DNA from: an uncultured Gammaproteobacteria bacterium | GTDB lineage: Bacteria > Patescibacteriota > Microgenomatia > UBA8517 > JACQJR01 | Direction: 5' to 3' | Assembly: GCA_964442455.1 (NCBI GenBank) | Contig: CAYTZB010000006.1 | Span: forward strand, 9,532 to 73,531 | DNA: 64,000 nucleotides | Shown here: piece after piece, positions 53,512 through 63,885 of the stretch | Position numbering within the stretch: the stretch's first letter is position 1 | How the letters are laid out: every line of letters begins with the position of its first letter | Notes under the pieces: generated by a model | What the model was told of the DNA's origin: nothing | The model's database searches: none | Seen by the model: only the letters and a program-made list of their open reading frames with translations | Position numbers and translations under genes: made by a program

Positions 53512-54612
53512 ATGATCAATGTAGCTATTAACGGTTTTGGAAGAATTGGACGAATTGCCTTTCGGGTGGGGTTGCTGCGGCATACTAATGAGCTCGAGTT
53601 TGTGGCAATCAATACGTCTGGTTCAATGGATGTAGTAGGTTGGGCACACCTCACCAACTACGATACTATGTACCGGAAGTTTGAAAAAGAGGTAAAATGG
53701 GAAGAACTAAAGAAGGCAGCAGAGGCAAGTGATGAAGACCCGTTAATTGGCTATTTTCTCGTTGACGGCAAAAAAATTCCAATTCTTGCTCAACGTGACC
53801 CCTCAAAGATTCCATGGGGAAAGTTTCAGGTTGATGTGGTGATTGAATCAACTGGTAAATTTACTACCGAGGAGGATGCAAAAAAGCACGCAGCAGGCGG
53901 TGCCAAACGAGTGGTCATTTCGGCTCCCACCAAAGGCGGAAATGTCCCGACATACATCTTGGGTGTGAATGAGTACAGCGGAGAAACACAGGTACTTTCC
54001 AACTCTTCTTGTACGACCAACTGTGTTGCACCGGTTGTGGCAGTACTCCATGCAAAATTTGGGATTGAGAAAGCGGCGCTTACCACTGCACACGCCTACA
54101 CTGACGATCAAAATATTCAAGATAGTTCTCACAAAGACTTGCGCCGCGGCCGGGCGGCAGCAATGAATATTGTGCCCACTACGACTGGTGCAGCAGTTTC
54201 AACAACCGAGACTATTCCAGAACTCAAAGGTTTGTTTGATGGGATGGCACTTCGTGTGCCGGTCGTTACTGGTTCAATTTCTGATATCACGGCAGTACTG
54301 AAAAAGGAAGTGACCGCGGGAGAAGTGAACGAGGCATTCAAAAAAGCGTCACAAAATTCCCTCTATAAAGGAATTCTGGCTGTAACTGACGAGCCGCTCG
54401 TATCCTCGGATATTATTGGGAGAAGCGAGTCGGCGATTGTGGATCTGTCTTTAACGCAGGTGGTTGGAGGAAATTTAGTTAAGGTATTTGCGTGGTATGA
54501 CAATGAATGGGGATATGCGAATCGGCTGGTGGAACAAGTTATTCGAGTGGGCAAAACAGTGGGGTCTGACAAGGCGCCAACAGATCCACTTACCTTGACA
54601 TGGTCCAAATAA
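53512..54612 (+). CDS. gap: Glyceraldehyde-3-phosphate dehydrogenase
   Basis: INGFGRIGR and SNSSCTTNCVAPV (catalytic Cys). Confidence 0.9.
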   Translation: MINVAINGFGRIGRIAFRVGLLRHTNELEFVAINTSGSMDVVGWAHLTNYDTMYRKFEKEVKWEELKKAAEASDEDPLIGYFLVDGKKIPILAQRDPSKIPWGKFQVDVVIESTGKFTTEEDAKKHAAGGAKRVVISAPTKGGNVPTYILGVNEYSGETQVLSNSSCTTNCVAPVVAVLHAKFGIEKAALTTAHAYTDDQNIQDSSHKDLRRGRAAAMNIVPTTTGAAVSTTETIPELKGLFDGMALRVPVVTGSISDITAVLKKEVTAGEVNEAFKKASQNSLYKGILAVTDEPLVSSDIIGRSESAIVDLSLTQVVGGNLVKVFAWYDNEWGYANRLVEQVIRVGKTVGSDKAPTDPLTLTWSK

Positions 54613-55268
54613 TTCCAGCCATTTTGACCAATGACACCAAAGAATTAGAAGAAAAAATCAAAATTCTTGAGGAATTGAGGGTCAAAGACCCTGAGCTTTG
54701 TCGAAGGGTTCAAATTGATATTGTTGATGGAGTGTTTGCCAATAATAAAACGATTTTACCTGATGTTTTAGAGGGGATAGAGACAAATTTACTTATTGAT
54801 TTTCAACTGATGACTAAAGAACCGAAAGAGTGGGTTGAAAGGTGTGTTAGAGGTTTGGCTGACAGGATTTTTGGGCATGTTGAGCGGATGAGCTCGCAGC
54901 TTGATTTTATTGGTAAGGTACAAGAGGTAGGAGTAAAAGTTGGGTTAGCGCTTGATTTGGAAACTCCTGTTTCTGCCATTGAACGAGTGTTATTTAATAA
55001 TTTGGACGCAGTGCTTGTTATGTCAGTTAAGGCAGGATTTGGAGGAAATGAGTTTGACTCTCGCGTTTTGGAGAAAATTAGGCAGTTGGATGAGATTCGC
55101 GCGCGCGATGATACACCTTTTCGAATTTGCGTTGATGGAGGAATAAATGAGGAAAATATTGCGCGTATAGTCCAGGCAGGAGCGGATGAGGTTGCTGTGG
55201 GTGCACATTTATTCACTGAAGAGTTGGAGTCGCATATACGCAAATTACAGGAGATAGCCTATGGATGA
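54600..55268 (+). CDS. rpe: Ribulose-phosphate 3-epimerase
   Basis: DIVDGVF, MSVKAGFGGN and VDGGI motifs. Confidence 0.75.
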   Translation: MVQIIPAILTNDTKELEEKIKILEELRVKDPELCRRVQIDIVDGVFANNKTILPDVLEGIETNLLIDFQLMTKEPKEWVERCVRGLADRIFGHVERMSSQLDFIGKVQEVGVKVGLALDLETPVSAIERVLFNNLDAVLVMSVKAGFGGNEFDSRVLEKIRQLDEIRARDDTPFRICVDGGINEENIARIVQAGADEVAVGAHLFTEELESHIRKLQEIAYG

Positions 55269-55914
55269 TACGAATCCAAAAAAGGGGGAGTTGGAGGGGG
55301 CGAAGCCCTCTCCAATCATTAAACAAATTTCAATCTTTGGGTTTGCGGACGCAAAAAGAGAAGACCCTTTGTATAAAGAAGCATATGAGGCAGCTCAGGT
55401 GTTGGCTCAGCACGGGTACGTCGTTATTAACGGAGGGGGTCCCGGCGTGATGCGGGCGGCATCAGAGGGTGCAAAAGCAGTTGGAGGTCGAACCATTGGC
55501 GTAACCTTTTATCCCAAAGACATTGCACTCTTTGAAGGACGTGACCCTGAAAATCCACTGGATCAGGAGGTGGTGACACAAAATTATCTTGAAAGAACTT
55601 TAAAACTCTTGGAATTGGGCGATGCGTATCTTATCTTTAAAGGAGGAACAGGGACTATTTCTGAGTTTGGAATGGCATGGGGATTGGCACGACTCTACTT
55701 TGGACATCATAAACCTCTTATTCTCTATGGAAAGTTTTGGGAAGAAGTTATTGCAGCGTTTATTCGCAGTATGCGCATGCGACCAGAGGAGTTGAAGGTC
55801 TACCGAATTGCCACTAAACCCACTGAGGTGCTTGAGGCAATTGAGCTATTTGAGGATTTGCTTTCACACGAGGATCATCCGTTTAATCCGCCAGAACGGC
55901 CATTTGAGCTCTGA
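55261..55914 (+). CDS. LOG-family protein (cytokinin riboside 5'-monophosphate phosphoribohydrolase-like, TIGR00730)
   Basis: GGGPGVM and KGGTGTISE (PGGxGTxxE) motifs. Confidence 0.75.
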   Translation: MDDTNPKKGELEGAKPSPIIKQISIFGFADAKREDPLYKEAYEAAQVLAQHGYVVINGGGPGVMRAASEGAKAVGGRTIGVTFYPKDIALFEGRDPENPLDQEVVTQNYLERTLKLLELGDAYLIFKGGTGTISEFGMAWGLARLYFGHHKPLILYGKFWEEVIAAFIRSMRMRPEELKVYRIATKPTEVLEAIELFEDLLSHEDHPFNPPERPFEL

Positions 55915-55932
55915 AAGAGTCCTTTCAGGATT

Positions 55933-56784
55933 ATGAGACAGTTGACCATTAAACAGTTAGAAAAAAAAGCTAATGAGATTCGCCGAGACATTATTAAAAT
56001 GTTAGTTCGGGCAGGCAGTGGACACTCGGCAGGACCTCTGGGAATGGCCGATGTTTTTACTGCATTTTATTTCCATATTTTGAGTCACAAACCGAAAGAT
56101 CCCAACTGGGAAGAGCGCGACAGGTTGTTTTTATCAAATGGTCATATCGTACCTGTGCGCTACGTTGCGATGGCGCACGCGGGGTATTTTCCCAGAGAGG
56201 AGCTGTGGACGTTGCGCAAATTAGGAAGTCGCTTGCAAGGTCATCCAGAACGAAAAAGACTTCCGGGAGTAGAGACAACCTCGGGTCCTTTGGGAAGTGG
56301 ACTTGCACAAGCGGCAGGATATGCTTATGCTGCGCGAATGGATTCCCGGAAATTTCGAGTGTACTGCATTTGCTCTGATGGAGAGCACGATGCAGGAAAT
56401 CATTGGGAAGCGGTACTTTTTGCAGGAAAATATAAGCTTTCAAATCTTACCGCAATTGTTGACCGAAACAACATTCAAATTGATGGGCATACCGAGGATG
56501 TGATGCCCCTTGAACCACTCGAGGATAAGTACAAAGCATTTAACTGGCACGTACTCCATGTTGACGGCCATAATATTGAAGAATTTATTGACGCAGTTCA
56601 TCATGCCCAGTCAGTCTATGAACGTCCTACGGTAATCATTGCTCACACAATTCCTGGTAAAGGCGTAGATTTTATGGAGTGGGACCCTGCGTGGCATGGT
56701 AAGCCACCGAAGTCTGAGGAAGCACGGAAGGCATTGCATGAGCTACGGACTTTGGGTGGGAAGATACGAGGAGAACATGAGTAA
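55933..56784 (+). CDS. tkt: Transketolase, N-terminal (TPP-binding) subunit
   Basis: GSGHSAGPLGMADV and GDGEHDAGNHWEA motifs. Split-gene form. Confidence 0.85.
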   Translation: MRQLTIKQLEKKANEIRRDIIKMLVRAGSGHSAGPLGMADVFTAFYFHILSHKPKDPNWEERDRLFLSNGHIVPVRYVAMAHAGYFPREELWTLRKLGSRLQGHPERKRLPGVETTSGPLGSGLAQAAGYAYAARMDSRKFRVYCICSDGEHDAGNHWEAVLFAGKYKLSNLTAIVDRNNIQIDGHTEDVMPLEPLEDKYKAFNWHVLHVDGHNIEEFIDAVHHAQSVYERPTVIIAHTIPGKGVDFMEWDPAWHGKPPKSEEARKALHELRTLGGKIRGEHE

Positions 56785-56842
56785 AATTGACCTAATTTCT
56801 AATTAACCTAATTGACCTAAACAACTGTGAAATTTTAAAATT

Positions 56843-57844
56843 ATGCTAAATCCCAAAACCCATTTGTCTAAAAAACTTTTCTCAAAAGATATCGATATGG
56901 TCCCCACTCGCCAGGGGTACGGTGAGGGTTTGGTATTGGCTGGAGAAGCGGAAGAACGCGTTGTGGTATTGTGTGCTGACCTGACAGAGAGCACAAGAAG
57001 CATTCTTTTTCAAGAGAAATTTCCGGACCGATTCGTTGAGATTGGGGTGGCTGAGCAACTGCTGGCAACGGTAGCCGCTGGAATGGCAAATTACGGGAAG
57101 ATTCCCTTTATTTCTTCTTACTCTGCCTTTTCTCCAGGACGTAATTGGGAGCAAATAAGGACAACTATTGCATTGAATGACGTGCCGGTCAAAATTGGCG
57201 GAGCGCATTCTGGAATTTCTGTGGGGCCCGATGGCGCAACCCATCAGCAGCTTGAGGACATTGCGTTAATGCGCGCAATGCCTAACATGATTGTGGTGGT
57301 GCCAGCAGATAGTATTGAAGCAAAGAAAACAGCGGTAGCATTTGTAAAGAATGGAAAGCCGTCATATCTTCGGTTTGCGCGAGAGAAAACGCCTGTTTTT
57401 ACCACAGAGGATTCGCCATTTGAGGTTGGGAAAGCTGAAATCTTATGGGAGTCAAAAGATCCTCAAGTTGCAATAATTGCGTGTGGTCCACTTGTCCGTG
57501 AAGCACTTCTTGCCGCGCGAGAGCTTGAGAAAGGTGGAATAGAAACGATTGTGGTTAATAACCATACAGTTAAACCAATGGATGAGGTGACAATTACACG
57601 CGTGGCAAAACTAACAGGTGCAGTGGTAACGGTTGAAGAACATCAGATACATGGAGGAATGGGTTCGGCAGTTGCCGAAGTATTATCACGTAATTTTCCA
57701 GTCCCGCAAGAGTATGTCGGTATGCCAAATTCCTTTGGCGAATCAGGCGAGCCCGATGAGCTGTTAGAGAAATATGGGATGAAAGCTCACCATATAGTTG
57801 ATAAAGCCAAAATGGTCATTAAAAGAAAAACACAAAATGAGTGA
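56843..57844 (+). CDS. tkt: Transketolase, C-terminal (pyrimidine-binding) subunit
   Basis: Pyr-binding and C-terminal domains. Adjacent to the N-terminal subunit. Confidence 0.85.
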   Translation: MLNPKTHLSKKLFSKDIDMVPTRQGYGEGLVLAGEAEERVVVLCADLTESTRSILFQEKFPDRFVEIGVAEQLLATVAAGMANYGKIPFISSYSAFSPGRNWEQIRTTIALNDVPVKIGGAHSGISVGPDGATHQQLEDIALMRAMPNMIVVVPADSIEAKKTAVAFVKNGKPSYLRFAREKTPVFTTEDSPFEVGKAEILWESKDPQVAIIACGPLVREALLAARELEKGGIETIVVNNHTVKPMDEVTITRVAKLTGAVVTVEEHQIHGGMGSAVAEVLSRNFPVPQEYVGMPNSFGESGEPDELLEKYGMKAHHIVDKAKMVIKRKTQNE

Positions 57845-58871
57845 CATCGAGCAAACTGCCAAAATGCTTGTCTCCCTTGGTAAAGGGTTACTCGCCGCTG
57901 ATGAAAGTTTTCCGACAATTGAGAAGCGATTCGATGCAGTAGGAGTTGAATCGACGCCGCAGACAAGAGTGGCTTATCGCGAACTGTTGTTTACTACAGA
58001 GGGAGTGGAGAAATTCTTAAGCGGCGTAATTTTGTTTGATGAAACCCTTCGCCAAAAAACAACTCAGGGCAAGCTATTCGTGGAGGTTTTAAAGGAGCGG
58101 GGAATTTTTCCTGGAATAAAAGTTGATGAAGGCTTAGAAGATTTACCTGGCTCACCAAATGAAAAGATAACAAAGGGACTTAGCGGACTTGAAGCGCGTT
58201 TAAAAGAGTATAAGAATTTAGGTGCTCGTTTTACAAAATTGAGATGTGTATTTGTAATTGGGGATGGTTTGCCGACTCAAAACGCAATTAATAAAAATGC
58301 TGAAGTTCTAACCAATTATTGTCTTCTTTCTCAGAGGGTAGGATTAACACCAATTCCTGAACCAGAAGTTTTAATGGATGGAGACCATTCAATTGAAAAA
58401 TGTAAGGATGTTTCAACTTTGGTTCTTAAAACCGTTTTTTTATCTTTTAAAAAAGAAAATGTGAGTTTAGAAGGTATGCTTTTAAAAACAAATATGGTCT
58501 TGCCAGGGAGAGATAATCCAAAGAGAGCAACACCCAATGAGATTGCGGCAGCAACAATTGAAACGCTCAAAAATTGCGTCCCACCTCAAGTAACTGGTAT
58601 TGTTTTCCTATCAGGAGGGCAAGCGCCCGAAGAAGCAACTGCAAACTTAAATGCTATAAATGTACAAAAAGGATCCCTGCCTGCCGGCAGGCAGGCCTGG
58701 GAACTTAGTTTTTCTTTTTCAAGAGCACTCCAAGAACCAGTCCTTGAAGCGTGGCAAGGGAAAGAGGAAAATATAGCAAAGGCACAGAGTATTTTTTACA
58801 AAAGAGCACGACTTAATAGCCTGGCAAGAGACGGACACTATACACCGGAGATGGAAAATGAAAACTATTGA
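57837..58871 (+). CDS. fbaB: Fructose-bisphosphate aldolase class I
   Basis: LLAADES and IVFLSGGQ motifs. Start moved to MSDIEQ (57837) to avoid a long overlap with tkt. Confidence 0.75.
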   Translation: MSDIEQTAKMLVSLGKGLLAADESFPTIEKRFDAVGVESTPQTRVAYRELLFTTEGVEKFLSGVILFDETLRQKTTQGKLFVEVLKERGIFPGIKVDEGLEDLPGSPNEKITKGLSGLEARLKEYKNLGARFTKLRCVFVIGDGLPTQNAINKNAEVLTNYCLLSQRVGLTPIPEPEVLMDGDHSIEKCKDVSTLVLKTVFLSFKKENVSLEGMLLKTNMVLPGRDNPKRATPNEIAAATIETLKNCVPPQVTGIVFLSGGQAPEEATANLNAINVQKGSLPAGRQAWELSFSFSRALQEPVLEAWQGKEENIAKAQSIFYKRARLNSLARDGHYTPEMENENY

Positions 58872-59844
58872 CCTTGTCTCAATTGGCGATGCCTCATTTG
58901 ATGTTTTTATTGCTCCTACAGAGCACGAAGCTTTTTGTACCTTGGACCGCGAAAAGTGTTTAATTTGTTTTAACTATGCCGATAAAATTCCGGTTGAGGA
59001 GATTTATTTTACTCTAGGAGGAAATGCGGCTAATAATGCTGTGGGTTGTACACGGTTGGGTGTTCGAGCGGTAATTTTTGTAACAGTTGGTCAAGATAAA
59101 ACCGGAGAAAGAATTATCGAGTCTCTAAAACAAGAGGGAGTTGATACGAGTTTTATAAGGCAACAACAAGATTGCATTACTAACTACAACACTGCAGTTA
59201 TGTATAGTGGCGAGCGTACAATTTTTACTTACCATGCTCCTTACGATTATGAATTTCCCGAAAATCCACCTGTTGCCCCCTGGGCGTATCTTACCTCCAT
59301 GGGGAGGGGGTTTGAAGTATATTATGAACGAATGATTGAATGGACGCGGGCACATGCTGTCAAGATTGCATTCAATCCTGGGAGTTACCAGATGCGTGCA
59401 GGGATTGATGCTTTACGTAACCTGTTTCCTTTACTTGAAATAATTTTTGTGAATAAAGAAGAAGCAGCAAAGTTTTTGGGTGATAAGGTCAGCCAAGATG
59501 AAAAACAAATGTTGCTTGGCCTTGTTCAATTGGGGGTTAAGAAGGCAGTGATAACGGATGGCGCAAATGGCGCATTTGGATTTGATGGGCAAAGATATTA
59601 TCGCTCAACCGTTTTCCCGGTTGATGCTTACGAAAGAACAGGAGCAGGGGATTCGTTTGCCTCAGGTTGTTTGGCAGCGATGATTCAAGGAAAAGGCATG
59701 GACGAGGCACTTTTATGGGGTACAATTAATTCAGCATCAGTCATTGGGCGTATTGGACCACAAGCAGGACTTCTCAAGAAAGAGCAATTGCCCGAGTGGC
59801 TTGAGAGAGCAAAAAGCAGCGGGGTGAAGGTAAAGGAATTTTAA
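58858..59844 (+). CDS. PfkB-family carbohydrate/nucleoside kinase
   Basis: GGNAANNA and TGAGDSF motifs. Confidence 0.75.
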   Translation: MKTIDLVSIGDASFDVFIAPTEHEAFCTLDREKCLICFNYADKIPVEEIYFTLGGNAANNAVGCTRLGVRAVIFVTVGQDKTGERIIESLKQEGVDTSFIRQQQDCITNYNTAVMYSGERTIFTYHAPYDYEFPENPPVAPWAYLTSMGRGFEVYYERMIEWTRAHAVKIAFNPGSYQMRAGIDALRNLFPLLEIIFVNKEEAAKFLGDKVSQDEKQMLLGLVQLGVKKAVITDGANGAFGFDGQRYYRSTVFPVDAYERTGAGDSFASGCLAAMIQGKGMDEALLWGTINSASVIGRIGPQAGLLKKEQLPEWLERAKSSGVKVKEF

Positions 59845-59845
59845 G

Positions 59846-60826
59846 ATGAAGATTTTTGTTACTCGCCGTATTCCAGGTTCTGCCTTCGAGAAACTAAAAG
59901 AGGCAGGGGAGGTCGTAGTTTCGCCCAATGACCGACCGATTACTCTTGAAGAGTTGATTGTTGGGGTTCGCGATGCTGATGCACTTCTTTGTATACTAAC
60001 CGATCATATTGATGCGAAGGTGATGGACCAAGCGCCGAATTTAAAGGTTATTTCAAATTATGCAGTCGGGTTTGACAATGTTGATGTCACGGCGGCAACA
60101 GAGCATGGTATTGTGATTGTCAATACTCCGTCAGACGAAGTGTCAGAGGCAGTTGCCGAGTTTGCCTGGACACTTATGTTAACGCTTTCTCGGCGGGTCA
60201 TAGAAGGAGATGAATTTGGGAGAAAAGGTGCGTATAGGGGTTGGGAGCCGGATTTGTTTTTAGGACGAAATGTGTATGGTAAGACGTTGGGAATTGTGGG
60301 ACTTGGGAGAATCGGGACGATGGTGGCGCGGCGGGCAAAAGGTTTTAATATGAAAGTGCTTTACAATAAGCGTGAACGGGATGAGCGGGCAGAGCAAGAA
60401 CTGGGAATTCAGTTTGCAGATTTAGATACACTTCTGGCAGAGTCTGATTTCGTGACACTCCATGTGCCATTGACCGACGAGACTCGCCACATGATAAGTG
60501 AGCCACAACTTTCAAAGATGAAGCAGAGTGCATATCTTGTCAATACTGCTCGTGGCGGTATTGTTGATGAGCATGCGTTGGTGGCAGCGCTCAAGTCCGG
60601 GAAAATTGCTGGAGCAGCTCTCGATGTTCATGAAAATGAGCCGGAGATGAATCCTGAGCTTTTACTCATGGAGAATGTTATCCTAACCCCTCATGTTGCG
60701 TCAGCAACAGTTGAAGTTCGGGAGAAAATGACAGAGCAAGCAGTTGATGCAATTATCAAAAGCCTTAAAGGGGAAAAACCAGAAAATTTAGTCAACCTTG
60801 AAGTTTGGGAAAAGAGAAGGAAGTAA
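59846..60826 (+). CDS. D-isomer-specific 2-hydroxyacid dehydrogenase (glycerate/phosphoglycerate dehydrogenase-like)
   Basis: NAD-binding GIVGLGRIGTMVARRA. Catalytic His/Glu region. Confidence 0.8.
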   Translation: MKIFVTRRIPGSAFEKLKEAGEVVVSPNDRPITLEELIVGVRDADALLCILTDHIDAKVMDQAPNLKVISNYAVGFDNVDVTAATEHGIVIVNTPSDEVSEAVAEFAWTLMLTLSRRVIEGDEFGRKGAYRGWEPDLFLGRNVYGKTLGIVGLGRIGTMVARRAKGFNMKVLYNKRERDERAEQELGIQFADLDTLLAESDFVTLHVPLTDETRHMISEPQLSKMKQSAYLVNTARGGIVDEHALVAALKSGKIAGAALDVHENEPEMNPELLLMENVILTPHVASATVEVREKMTEQAVDAIIKSLKGEKPENLVNLEVWEKRRK

Positions 60827-60827
60827 A

Positions 60828-61073
60828 ATGTGGTTCTTTAGAAGAAATGAACCTCGACCACAGGAGACTTCGAGTATAAGAAGAGGAGAAAATCCTCCCC
60901 CCAGGCCTAAAAAAGAGGTTAAGCCGTGGGGTAAAAAGGAAAGACTTCTTGTGGCTGCTATTCTTTTAATAACCGTCTTGGCTGGTTTTATCTCTTGGCT
61001 TGGAGGTCGCGGAGTTTCGCTTCCCGATGTTTCACTAGAGGTTCCTTCAACTACCATTGAACTGGAAAAATAA
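60828..61073 (+). CDS. Small basic membrane-anchored protein
   Basis: MWFFRRNEPRPQ... then TM LLVAAILLITVLAGFISWL. Start set after the upstream stop. Confidence 0.35.
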   Translation: MWFFRRNEPRPQETSSIRRGENPPPRPKKEVKPWGKKERLLVAAILLITVLAGFISWLGGRGVSLPDVSLEVPSTTIELEK

Positions 61074-61174
61074 ACCGGGCTCAATGAGTTTGTTTCTTCT
61101 TTGCTTCATCCCCCGACTCGAGTCGGGGGATTCGCGAAGTGCAAAATAGCCTTCAACTTGCTACACTATAGCCC

Positions 61175-62074
61175 ATGAACTGTGAATTGAGTAATGTGGT
61201 AACAAAAGATGGGGTAAATCTTCAAGGATTGCTTTTTACTCCCACTCTTTCCACCGATACAGTTGGCATTTTGATTCATGGGCTGGGAAGTAATTTCTAT
61301 GGTGGATACACACGTCTTACTACTCTTGCTCGTTATTTTATGAGAAATAAATTAGCACTTGCGACATTTAATACAAGAGGGCACGATGTTGTTACCTTTG
61401 CCACAAAACAAGACAAAAGAAAGCAAAAGGGATACAGAGGGATTCGAGTGGGGGCAGCGTTTGAGAAGTTTACCGACAGCGTATTAGACCTTGAGGCAAT
61501 AGTTGAGGTGTTAGGGAAACGATACTCTAACGTAGTTCTTATTGGCCACAGTACAGGTGCAAATAAAGTAGTCTACTATCTTTCTAGAAGAAACGTGCAG
61601 AAAAAGATAGCTGGAGCAATTCTTATTTCTCCAGTGAGTGATGTACCTATGGTGCAAGAGAGATTAGGAGGGGATCTAGAAGAGGCGCTTAACGTTGCTC
61701 GGAAGATGGTGAAGAGTGGGAAGAGTAGTGAGTTAGTCAAGCAGATTTTACCCCAGTCAATTTACAGCGCCCAACGATTGGTTTCGCTAGGAGACCAGAG
61801 GAGTATTGAGCAGATGTTTCCGACAAAAGAATTTCAGGGACCGCTTCGCCTCGTCAAGAAGATTAAAATCCCCATCCTTGTTTTGTTTGGAGACAAAGAC
61901 GATTATCTTAGAGTTGATGGGGTATCTGTCAACGTACTTCTTGATGCGTTTAGAAGCAATACCGAAAGTCGCTCTTTCTCGACTCATGTTATGCCCCAAG
62001 CGGATCATAGTTTCAGTGGGAAAGAAGAAGAACTTGCACAAAACCTTGTTGAGTGGATTAAAAAGAACAACTAA
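61175..62074 (+). CDS. Alpha/beta hydrolase
   Basis: Nucleophile elbow GHSTG. Catalytic Asp/His region (DKDD, ADHSF). Confidence 0.7.
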   Translation: MNCELSNVVTKDGVNLQGLLFTPTLSTDTVGILIHGLGSNFYGGYTRLTTLARYFMRNKLALATFNTRGHDVVTFATKQDKRKQKGYRGIRVGAAFEKFTDSVLDLEAIVEVLGKRYSNVVLIGHSTGANKVVYYLSRRNVQKKIAGAILISPVSDVPMVQERLGGDLEEALNVARKMVKSGKSSELVKQILPQSIYSAQRLVSLGDQRSIEQMFPTKEFQGPLRLVKKIKIPILVLFGDKDDYLRVDGVSVNVLLDAFRSNTESRSFSTHVMPQADHSFSGKEEELAQNLVEWIKKNN

Positions 62075-63198
62075 GTTTTAATCATCATATAGCCAACCTT
62101 CTTGTGATTTTCGATGACATATCCCTGTTGTGCAAACGTTGGGTTTTTTCTCAACCGATAAATAAGAGCATTGAGTGCCCATTCTGATGCTTCAACAGGA
62201 TCTTCTGGCCACACCGTTTCAAATAGTTCATCTTTCGGTACCACTTTTCCGAGATTTTTCTTAAGAAGCCTAAAAAGCCATGCTTCTTTAACCGGGAGTC
62301 GTAGAGGAATATTTGACTGTACAAACTCGGTGAGAAGTGGTGTAAAGAGGTGATACGAATGTGAGTACTTGACGACTAACCCCACGTCTACAAGATACTC
62401 ATCTATAGTGGTTACCTTTTTCCGCAGCGCAATTTTTTGAACGATTTTTCTTTGATCATAGGTAAGATAATCATAGAAAAGTTTTAGTTGGGTTTTTACG
62501 AAATGATCAAAGAGTGGATTTTCAAGTCTTTCAGATTTAAGGAGCAACTGGAGCAGTTGATAATGGCCTCCACAAAGCTTTAGTGCTTTTTCCAGAGATA
62601 CTTTGTCTTTGGTTAGCTCTGGCGCATTTATAACGAGGAGCTTTCTGAGATCATGAGTGGAGTAGGGGATTAAGTACAATGTTTTTGAGTACATATTTAA
62701 GTTACCTTTATCAATAGCCTGGGGAGCAAGCATGTAGAGAGGTTTGTTTGCTGCAAAGATCATCACAATTTTTTCTCTGTCTACATCACGAAGTGTTCGT
62801 AAGTTATTAAAAAAACTAATATCAAACTCTTTGTGCATCTGATCAAAACGGTTGAAAATAATAACGACTCTTGTATGTGTTTTGGTCAAGTCCTCTAAAC
62901 GTTTTTGACATGCTTTGAGCAATTGTTCGTAATTTTTTGAACTTGAATGCGTACCCAGTTCTTTTAAAAGGAGCTTTACTAGTTCGATTCGAGTAAGCGC
63001 TGAGAGTTCATAAACATCTACATGTACAAAATGAGCAAAAGGTTGGGTTGCCACATATCGTAAAAAGATGGAGATTCCTAGTCCTGGCATCCCAACAGTG
63101 GTGAATGATATTGAAGTGTTAATTAATTTTTTAATTGCCACAACCCTTTTTTTACAAAATTCAGACCCCAAATGTCTCTCTTTAAAGTTGTATTTCAT
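62071..63198 (-). CDS. Protein with N-terminal NTPase-like domain and C-terminal OmpR/PhoB-type winged-helix DNA-binding domain
   Basis: C-terminal ELFETVWPEDPVEASEWALNALIYRLRKN matches the trans_reg_C pattern. N-terminal TTVGMPGLGIS is P-loop-like but lacks Lys. Confidence 0.5.
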   Translation of the reverse strand: MKYNFKERHLGSEFCKKRVVAIKKLINTSISFTTVGMPGLGISIFLRYVATQPFAHFVHVDVYELSALTRIELVKLLLKELGTHSSSKNYEQLLKACQKRLEDLTKTHTRVVIIFNRFDQMHKEFDISFFNNLRTLRDVDREKIVMIFAANKPLYMLAPQAIDKGNLNMYSKTLYLIPYSTHDLRKLLVINAPELTKDKVSLEKALKLCGGHYQLLQLLLKSERLENPLFDHFVKTQLKLFYDYLTYDQRKIVQKIALRKKVTTIDEYLVDVGLVVKYSHSYHLFTPLLTEFVQSNIPLRLPVKEAWLFRLLKKNLGKVVPKDELFETVWPEDPVEASEWALNALIYRLRKNPTFAQQGYVIENHKKVGYMMIKT

Positions 63199-63275
63199 TT
63201 TGAATTTATATTCGTCATGATTATATCATTTTTTAATCAAGCAAAAGATAACAAATCAATTATTATTATCTAAGT

Positions 63276-63869
63276 ATGCATCGAGAATTATATAGACATC
63301 CAGACGTGCGTAGAGGCATAGAGGATAGAAAATCAGAACTCACGTTTCAAAAAGGACAAGCGGAATCTGCTCATCAGATGTTAAGTCACACAGAGGAAAG
63401 GTACAACAGAGACCTGAGGGTGTATCTTGGCACACAAACGGATGATCCTTTAGCACGACGTACAGAATGGTTAGAAAATATTCTAGAGAGTGCTGAAAGG
63501 GAAGAAGTCGATTCGGAATGGCTTTATGCTGTGGTTAACAACGCAGCAATGCGTGTAGAAAAAGTGAGCGCAAGTCTTTATCCACGAGAATTGGGAGTAG
63601 ACAATGAGCATGAGAGTTTAAATGACGAGTATATTTCTTATGTGTATGCGTTACATTTAATAACCTTAGCAGAACAAAGTATCTATCCATATTACAGTCC
63701 CGTACAGGAAGTTTTGAAAGAAGTTGAACAGTTGGCTCAAGCTCGCGAAGCTTCGCAAGAAGTTCGTCGAGACAGAAGAATGAGTGTTGCTTATCGCTGG
63801 ATGCACCAAAATTTGGACGTTTTATTTAAAATTCATCATGATTATTGGTCTGCTCATTCTCCAAAATAA
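63276..63869 (+). CDS. Hypothetical protein (197 aa)
   Basis: Intact ORF. No motif. Confidence 0.4.
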   Translation: MHRELYRHPDVRRGIEDRKSELTFQKGQAESAHQMLSHTEERYNRDLRVYLGTQTDDPLARRTEWLENILESAEREEVDSEWLYAVVNNAAMRVEKVSASLYPRELGVDNEHESLNDEYISYVYALHLITLAEQSIYPYYSPVQEVLKEVEQLAQAREASQEVRRDRRMSVAYRWMHQNLDVLFKIHHDYWSAHSPK

Positions 63870-63885
63870 AAATCTATGGCTCTAG

